Of a DNA stretch of 64,000 nt, positions 55,911 to 64,000 are shown in pieces. The stretch is taken from contig OZ004610.1 of assembly GCA_963924565.1 (NCBI GenBank), positions 30,194,001 through 30,258,000 of the forward strand, read 5' to 3'. The notes under the pieces were generated by a model that searched no databases, was not told where the DNA came from, and was given only the letters and a program-made list of their open reading frames with translations. This DNA is from Ascidiella aspersa. Taxonomy: Eukaryota. A program made the position numbers and the translations under genes. Numbering within the stretch: position 1 is the first letter of the stretch; each line of letters opens with the position of its first letter.

Positions 55911-58397
55911 TTGACACATTCGGTGTATTTGGAAGGAAAAATATGCCTTGTGGGCCTTGTGACTAATTCGTGGCTTTTTTCGGTTTCTAACACAATAATT
56001 TATACCGTTTTCTCACTTGTTTGGTGGACGGCTTTTCTCGGTAAATCCGACTTCAAGAAAATGATGCAATCAGGTACCCACATAAAATGCATATTTTAGG
56101 CGTGTACATTTCCTTAATGCAGGTGAAACAGCGGATTGCTGCGAAAGCAAATCCTGTCTCTTTTTAGGTTTATTTACACACTGACATTTTATGTTGTTGC
56201 TTGCGAATTGTTTTGTGGATATTTGCGCACCTCAGTACTATCAGCATATGGAACTACACAAAGTTTTATATACGACAAGTGTTTTCGTAAAACAATTCCT
56301 GAAAAATCACCATGGTCGTTATTTTAGCTGTCAGTCACGCATGAATAGATACCGGTTACATTTGTGTCTGAATTTGAAACATGTGAGTGAAATTATCTCA
56401 GGTATGGTAGTGGTAGGCTGTCTGTATCATTAACCTCTATTCTATTTATACTTTACTGGTAAAAATCTAATTTGTGACATGACAGAAAAAGCGACCATTT
56501 TTTTGGCCAAGAACTAATAATTGTTATTTGAAGTCGATTATCCGGATCGGGTCTGAAGCGTTGTCAAAGCTGCAACGGCTGTTGATTGGCTCGTTTCGGC
56601 TTCCGACATGACGTAGTTAAATTTACTGACATCTAAATGGTAAAGTGAAAAAAGGATTCTAAAAACATCTCCTGTAAGTTATATGATTTCCTGTCAGTTA
56701 TATTAGGCCGGCATCAACCCGGAATTTGCATTACGATATGTAAAGGTTGAATACGGAATAGATACCGATAAATAGAATTTCCCAATTCTATATTCTCCCT
56801 GTTTTATTGTCGCGAAGTTATTACACCTTTTGTTATGATTGTGATAAAATAATTTAGACATTCCTATAGGTGGAAATTAATTTAATTATTTTCAACTAAA
56901 AGGCCAGTTACCACATAGTGTGCTAGCATAAGTATGACTAACCATTTTCGTTACTCAGCTTTGCGATGTGATTCATTTTTTGCAACGCTTGATTAAAACG
57001 AAATCAAAGGTTTGCAGATTAACATACTAATATAAATCGGACATTTATATAATTAAGTAACCGCCATTAACCAGAATGGAAGTATTTTGGATCTCAACAA
57101 GATCTTGAGGGCAGAGCATCATCATTTTGGTGTATAGCTTTAAATTTTCTGAAAAAAACTAAAAAGTTTGGTTATTTTACCCTAAGTACATGCCTGTTAG
57201 TTGTCCACCTTAGTGTTCTTAGCTCATGGTCTACAAATAAGCCTCATTATGTAGCTTTGGTATTGGTACATATTGGCTAGGCATATTCAGTATACTTTTT
57301 AAAACTAAAAATTATAAAATTAAATTATGGGGTAAAAAAAAATTACATTGGGGTAATAAAAAACACTGTTTTTTTTACCCGGTTACCATAGAATCGATCG
57401 GGGTAAAAAAAATATATATATCTAAAAAACTAAAACAGCTAGAAAAGTAAGGTAGTTTTTTGTTTAATAGATTAATGTTATGACACAACACAGAATAAAG
57501 GCAATTGCCATAAACTTGGTTGTATAGGAATTACACAAACGTTTCTAATGGTCTTACAAACTTGGTGTTGAAACAAATTGAATTTTTAACTTTAATTCGT
57601 GTGCTAAATATAAATTCATAATTTAAATAAAACTACCTAAAAGAAATCGTTTTGGTGCACATATATAGCCACAGTTCTCTGAAAATGTCTCTAATTTTCA
57701 CATATTTGCTTGTGTTGCTTAGTTGCAGCATTATTATATAATAATTTATTCCTATCTGAAAAAATGGGGTCGCAATGTAAATTCTGATTTAATTTAAATT
57801 GGGGTCGCTTATTAAAAAGCTTGGAGACCACTGGTCTAGAATCCTAACACCCCGTTGACATATTTATCAAAGTATAGCACATTATTAGGTTAGGGTGGGT
57901 CAACTGTTATTATATTTTTTTTTCCCAGTCTGCAATTTTAATTTTGACGAGCGGTTTCATTGCTGTACCTAAAAAAATAACAAAAAATGTGTTAGAATTC
58001 TAGATCAACACCCAACTAATTAAAACTTGATTTTTGCAATTTGCTAATTCAGGTGTGTACAGAAATTGCTTAAACAAAACCTAGGTGCAGAACCAGATTG
58101 GGATTTTTACGACAAATTTTTTAGTATATAGTATCTATATATAATTCTCAAATTGTTTTCCTTGTATTCTTTTTGCAGGTGGAGAAACATCAGTTTCCCA
58201 TCTATTAAAACTTTGTTTAGGTGCATTTAACTAGTTTGCCCTCCTTTAGGCGGGAGAGACGCGTGTGTTAAAACTCGGTGAAGGCACTCAAGACCTTCGC
58301 CTTATTTCATTCCCCTTTTTCTCAACATTTCATCCCCCCAAACCAAGCTTTCAGCAACCCAACAAAAAGATTTTACTTTCTATTTTGTGGAGCAAAC

Positions 58398-58544
58398 ATG
58401 GCCTTATAAATCCTCCCCAACATGTCTATTGCCGTCGACATCTCTCAATCTGTCCGCTCGTCCTTTTTCGCCTCTTGCAAGCAATCCTACTGCCATGTCT
58501 TCCCGTTCGGGTGTGGCACCGATCGCCAAAGTTTCCAGCTCTGA
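58398..58544 (+). promoter_or_regulatory. Two uORFs in the RNF10 leader: 3-codon uORF (58398-58409) and 40-codon uORF (58422-58544) overlapping the main ATG out of frame
   Basis: aacATGGCCTTATAA; caacATGTCT...TGA; main gccATGT at 58495 lies 73 nt after the uORF2 start. Confidence 0.65.
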
Positions 58545-61500
58545 AAATGTATGCGCGAAACAAAAAGAAGGTAAGTGACTTGTTTGCCAAATTTCTCCAT
58601 AGAGAGATTTTGCAGTTTAAAACAACCAGAAATTATATTGTGAGAAAAAAACATGTTGGACCTTTTTAATTTATCTTTAACTTCAAAGTTTGTAAACTAT
58701 ATCAGTCATACATTTAGAGTCCCATTATTTGAAATTAAATATATATAGGACATGCTTAATTGTTAAAAACTGTCACGTTGCTAAACACAACACATATATT
58801 TTATAATGTGCCTTTGTTCAAGATAATTATGTTTTTTTGATAAGTTAAGTGTTGTTTCTTAGATCGTCCCCGCAGCAACAACACAACCAAGTTTATCGCC
58901 AAACAACAGCGTCAGGAATTTAACAACCAAAGAAATGCCAGTGCATCAAACCACAGCCGCTACAACGCCAACAATCACAAACAACCGAAAACAAGAAATG
59001 CACACAAATCTTGGGGTGGAAGAAGAAATCAGGTATATAAATCTAAACAAGGAGTAAACTGTCATCACAGAGTTTCTTGAAACTCTGTCAATAAAAATAT
59101 AGATTTGTTCTTTTTAGCGATTTTTTAATTTATTATTCATACTAAAATGTTGTACATAGGTAACTTGTCAAATTTAGGGAAATTTTAACTCCTAAATTAA
59201 AAAAAAAAAAACATGCTCTAGGAATTATCTTAGGAAATCTCTCTTTTGTGAGTTGGCTCTTAACTTACTGTCATTAAATTGACCAGAAAAGCACTCCTTT
59301 AACTTCTATATTATACTGGTTAAAAAATTGGCTTTTTTTGACAATAACTTTGCTGATACTTTACCCATAATTGCACAAACTGTTTAGGTGAAGTCTGAAC
59401 AGCGCGATGCATTCTCACCTATTCCGGTGGAACAGCATGGCAGCAAGAAGACCAACCTGAATCATTTGCTCAATTTCACGTTTGAATCAGATGCTGATGA
59501 TTTTCGTGTTAGCAACAGTGCAAGACCTAAAGGGTCCTATAACTGGCACAATAGCTACAAGGCAGTTTTCAACAAGGAACAGTTTATACAGGCTAAGTAA
59601 GTGGCCTAAACCAATTTTAGAAATTTTCTTTAAAAATCCTTACGTTGTTCTATTTAAAATTGAATCTAAATTTAGAAAAAAAATTTCAATTGTTTTTTAT
59701 GTAAAATGTTTTATTTTTATATGGAACACTTTAATTTTCATTTAGCTAGCCAATTAATATGTATCCAACTTTAAACAGATTTAAAATTTATCGAATTTCT
59801 TGTTTTAAATCTTTAATACAAGAACCATTTTCCGGTTGTTGTTATTTAAAAGAATTGTTATTTTATTTGAAAATTATTAACCACAGTTGCATTTTAGCAT
59901 CATTTTATTCAACAATTTTTATTTTCAGCTGCCAACTGGTCGTAAAGTCTGGACCTGATTACAGTGCATTTCAAAACGATGCTGACCTTGTTATTGATTG
60001 GGAATTGGTTGAAAAAGTGGTGAGTTCACAGTTCAGGCTGTTACTAGCTCTTTTCAGGAAATTGTAGTTATTCAGTTATCACAGATAATTGGAACTGTAA
60101 CGTGGTCCATTGTGTTTTTTCCTTCATTGTTTGCCTGGTTTATGTATATATATTTTCACCTATGGTTGCAAAAATGCCCCCCTGAAGATTGCCCGAATAG
60201 ATGGTTGAAACGTTGGTACTATAATCAATTTTTGGAAGAACAATTTTACAAACAAACAATGCGTGGCAGCAACAGTATATTCAAATAAAATTGGATTATA
60301 AAAATTTGTGTCTTTTAGACCAATCTAGTGCTGGTTCTGTGTATTGACTTAACCCTAAAAGAGCAACAAATTTGTTTTTGTGATTAGGTTTAGTAATTGA
60401 TTAAACTTTTATAAAGCCTATTTAATATATTCTTTGTTTATTTCCTTTTTTTACTAGAATATGTGGAGTCCAGAAATCCCTCTGTGTCCGATCTGCTTGG
60501 ATGAACCTTACGCTGCCAGAGTCACCAAGTGTGGCCACATCTACTGCTGGCCTTGCATCTTACACTACTTGGCCATTGATGACAAGAAGTGGAGAAAATG
60601 CCCCATTTGTCATGAGGCAGTTCATAAAAGCGATTTGAAAAGGTAAGAAACTGTACAAGACTTTTAAGAACTGACTCTCTTTTCAAAATTCTTTCAGTGT
60701 TAAAAAAATCTTGCTGTGGTTTGTACACTTTTTATTAAATGGATTTGTTACCTTGGCATTATAAATAAATCGGAAAATATGATTTTATTAACACCAAATT
60801 TGTTTTGAATTTAATTATCTGATGTACTCGGGACTTCTGTTTTCAACATCAAGGATTTGAGATTTAGATCTATTAACAATAGTCAAAACAATTTTTGACT
60901 CGCTTTTCATACATTCAGCATGTTTACGATTTTTAAACTTGTATTTATAACCAGTACTGTACTTACAATGTGATGTGCTGTTAATTAGTTTACTATATTT
61001 TTGTGTTCCATTACAAAATAAGCAGTTTAATATGACCTTTGCATCTCATTTAGTGTGTCAGTATTCAAGGAGCAACTTTACAACCAGCAGCAGGTCATTA
61101 CAATGCAGTTAATGAGACGGACCAAGGGATCTATTGTGGCATGCCCAGTAACCCACGATACTGAGTCCGACGCTGACAACTCCATGTTCCAGTTCTCTGG
61201 AAAAAAGGAAAGTTCTTTGGTATGTTAACATACTAGGCATGCTACATGGTTAAAAGTACAGTTTAAGTTTGGAAAACCAAGTTATATATATTAGTGTTGT
61301 TTAAAGTTTAAACATTTTTTATGGTTCGGTTTATCAAGCTTTTTTTCATGGTTTAAACTTCAAAACTGGAATGATAAAAGAATTATGAAAAAAATGCTAT
61401 TATTTTCAAATGGCTTGTCAAGCTTAAAAGTTAAAAATACTATTAAAAGCGCCAATTTTCAGAAATTTCATGTGTATTATAGTTTAAAATTTTGCTATAA

Positions 61501-64000
61501 TGCATGAAAATGTAAGCAAATAAATAATTATTTAAGGGCGACCCAAATGTGGTTCAATAATAACAGAAACACTTCTAACTTATTTTTGTGTGTGTACTGT
61601 TAATAACTGGACAGGCTTGTTTTTAGATGTCACGAAATTTGAAACACTTGGTTGCAGAACCAGATCAAGTCCTTGAAAATATTGTACAAGTTGATATGGA
61701 GGAACTGAAGTTCAAGCTAGCTGTTGAAACTGATGTAATTATTCTATTATTTTGTATTTTATTTTATCTAAATCTAGACATCATAATTGTTATTGTTTCT
61801 GAAATGCATTTATTAGTTTCTTTTATATTCTGCTTTAAAATTTAATATTCTATACATCTTCGACGAAAAACGTGCATTAACAATTACCATTCATGTTCTG
61901 CAGGAATTGGAAAAACAGTTCATTCAATCTGCTATAGACTTGTGTAAAGATTGGGAAAGTAATGTTATGAAATCTGTTACCAGCCATTCTGAAGACAATG
62001 CCATTCTGTTGGATGGTAATTGCTATATGATACAAGCCCACATCGAATGTCGTGAAAACAGCAATGTTGTTGTTTTCATGAATGTCATAACTTTTAATGC
62101 TAAATGGTGCTGTGAACATTTTGTTATGGTTTTGGGGGGTTGAAAACACAACCCTTTGTTTTGGTTTTGGGGGTTGAAAACACAAGCCTTTGTTTTGGTT
62201 TTGGGGGTTGAAAACACAACCCTTTGTTTTGGTTTTGATTAGCGGCATCACTTTGCATTAAACGTTAAGACTTCCTGTTAGAAATGATGTCATAAGCCAT
62301 GCAGTTAGGTGTACTTTAAGACTTTATCTAAACAATTTAACTAAGATGTGTTCAATATCGCGGTCTTAAAATATATAGATATCATCTTATAAGTATCACC
62401 TGTATATTTGGGCATTAAACATACAAAGTTTTACTTGAAGAAAAACTTTTGTTGAAATTAGATATTCGTTTTTTGTATGTATTAAAAATAAAAAAACACC
62501 TTTAGTAATGTAGTTTTACTGTTTTGGGATTATATATAAAACTATATACTTCACCAATTTTTTGACCTATTCTAAATTACAACAGTCAGTTATTGCCATC
62601 TCAAAGCAACAATTATATACAGCTTCTGTTGAGTCAACAACTCCCATCAAACCACTGAGCCCCGATGGAGTGAAATGCATATCAATAAAAGCTGAGTCAA
62701 CCAAGCAATGTGCAAGCATGTCTGATCCACATGACCGTGTTTACTATTTTTACCAGGTCAGCTGTCTATATTATGCCTCAACAGTTAACCATCATAATGT
62801 AATTAGAAATAATTATTACCAAACTTTGATCAGTTTCTCTGATGCTTCCAGTAGCTTACGATTGATAAATTTGTGGATATATGTATAATACAAATGCAAA
62901 GCTTTCATTTCGTTTAGGCAAGTTATTTCACCACCACAATGTAATAGAAATAGTCATCACCAAACATTGGCCAGTTTTGCTGATGCTACCAGTAGCTTAA
63001 GATTAATAAATTTATGAATGGGTATAATATTAATGACAAGCTTTCGTTTAGGCAAAAGATGGCCAGCACATGTATCTACATCCTCTTAATGTCCGATGCC
63101 TAGTTCACCAATACGGCAGTTTCGACAAATGCCCATCCGAAATAACTGGAAAGATTCTTGAAATGCAAGATTTCACAATGAATGAGGTATATGTAAATGT
63201 ATATATCCCTCTTATAATGGGGAATTGCTTTCTCACTTTGTGTCTGTTTTAACTAGTGACTATCTTTGCAATCTGCATATGTAGTTTGGAAATCAAAACC
63301 AATATTGTCAGCTTGACAACGGCAATCTTTTTGGTTTATATAAAAAAAACATGCATTGCGAAATAAAACCGCTTCAATTTTACTAAGAAAGTCACTCAAT
63401 GTAACTGCGAAAGGTTTTGTGAGGGTGATTTATCAGTAAACCAAAAAAACACTTCTATTCAGTGCTACTGAAAACTAATGGATCGGATCTGATACTGAAG
63501 TCTTAATCAATTTATTAACTACACAATGGCTTACACAAGTGCATTTATATCTTCATCAAATACAATACGAAGCAATGCTATTAAAGCAGAAACAGCATAA
63601 GTGTAAGTTAAACATCATCACCAAACGCTTCATTTAACTAACAAGGTTGGCCCATACCGCTCCATGTACAATGGAAAGCACCATGTGCTCAGTGACCTTC
63701 GACCGTAAGTCATAGAATGCTTAAATAACTAAATAAGTCAGAGAGCACTTCCATTAAAATGCACAAGGTCAATTGTTACACTTTTTAAAAAATCACCAAA
63801 TAACTCCCACCTTCACAGGGAACACGAAAGAGGAACCGATACCTTTGCCATCTTCCGCTTTCGCTTGAGTTCCACATCATTGAGCTTGACCTCCGACCCC
63901 CGATCCTGCATCGAGGCACCTTGGACTTTTTTCGTGATCAACTCGAGCGAAGGTCGACTCAGCGCAAGAAGAAATCGAGAGATGAAAAGAGGGTCCTGCG
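58495..64000 (+). CDS. RNF10: RING finger protein 10 (E3 ubiquitin ligase), 3' end outside window
   Basis: Exons 58495-58570, 58863-59032, 59388-59596 ([10 protein letters not shown]), 59929-60019, 60458-60642 ([27 protein letters not shown]), 61054-61219, 61627-61734, 61904-62015, ~62590-62756 (YYFYQ), 63052-63186 ([15 protein letters not shown]), 63819-end. Confidence 0.95.
60180..60216 (+). ncRNA. Hammerhead ribozyme motif, family D, decayed stem II
   Basis: CC-CTGAAGA-T-TGCC-cgaatagat-GGTT-GAAA-C-GTT-GG; related 3' halves (GGTCGAAACGTTGGTACT) on the minus strand at ~701-730 and ~807-836. Confidence 0.55.
62127..62237. repeat. ~29-bp minisatellite x3.5
   Basis: TGGTTTTGGGGG(G)TTGAAAACACAA(C/G)CCTTTGTTT. 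Confidence 0.9.
62790..63056. repeat. ~134-145-bp tandem duplication including an RNF10 splice acceptor
   Basis: AATGTAAT(T)AGAAATA..CTGATGCT(T/A)CCAGTAGCTTA..TTTCGTTTAGGCAA twice. Confidence 0.85.

Noticed and set aside
61877-62251. 124-aa minus-strand ORF with repeats
   Set aside because: Arises from the 29-bp minisatellite and the antisense of an RNF10 exon.
60650-63800. Intronic snoRNAs in RNF10
   Set aside because: No convincing paired C/D or H/ACA boxes with terminal stems visible by eye.

Overview
AT-rich, intron-containing animal DNA, probably an ascidian/tunicate (inference from gene style and repeat content; species not determinable). Four genes were reconstructed by hand from splice sites and phases. 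(1) A SORBS/CAP-ArgBP2-vinexin family adaptor on the minus strand (SoHo domain plus SH3-1 and SH3-2; 3' end runs off the left edge) with several alternative 5' exons. (2) TMEM104 on the plus strand, complete with 12 coding exons. (3) A secreted collagen + fibrinogen-domain ficolin-like lectin on the minus strand, complete with 6 exons. (4) RNF10 on the plus strand, running off the right edge. Introns are full of hAT- and Merlin-like MITEs, a truncated LINE and tandem duplications. The most striking unannotated signal is a set of minimal, Penelope-type hammerhead ribozyme motifs from at least four unrelated sequence families, mostly sitting in short tail-outward foldback elements in introns. 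Also notable are an ATF4-like uORF pair in the RNF10 leader and repeated tandem duplications that copy splice acceptors.
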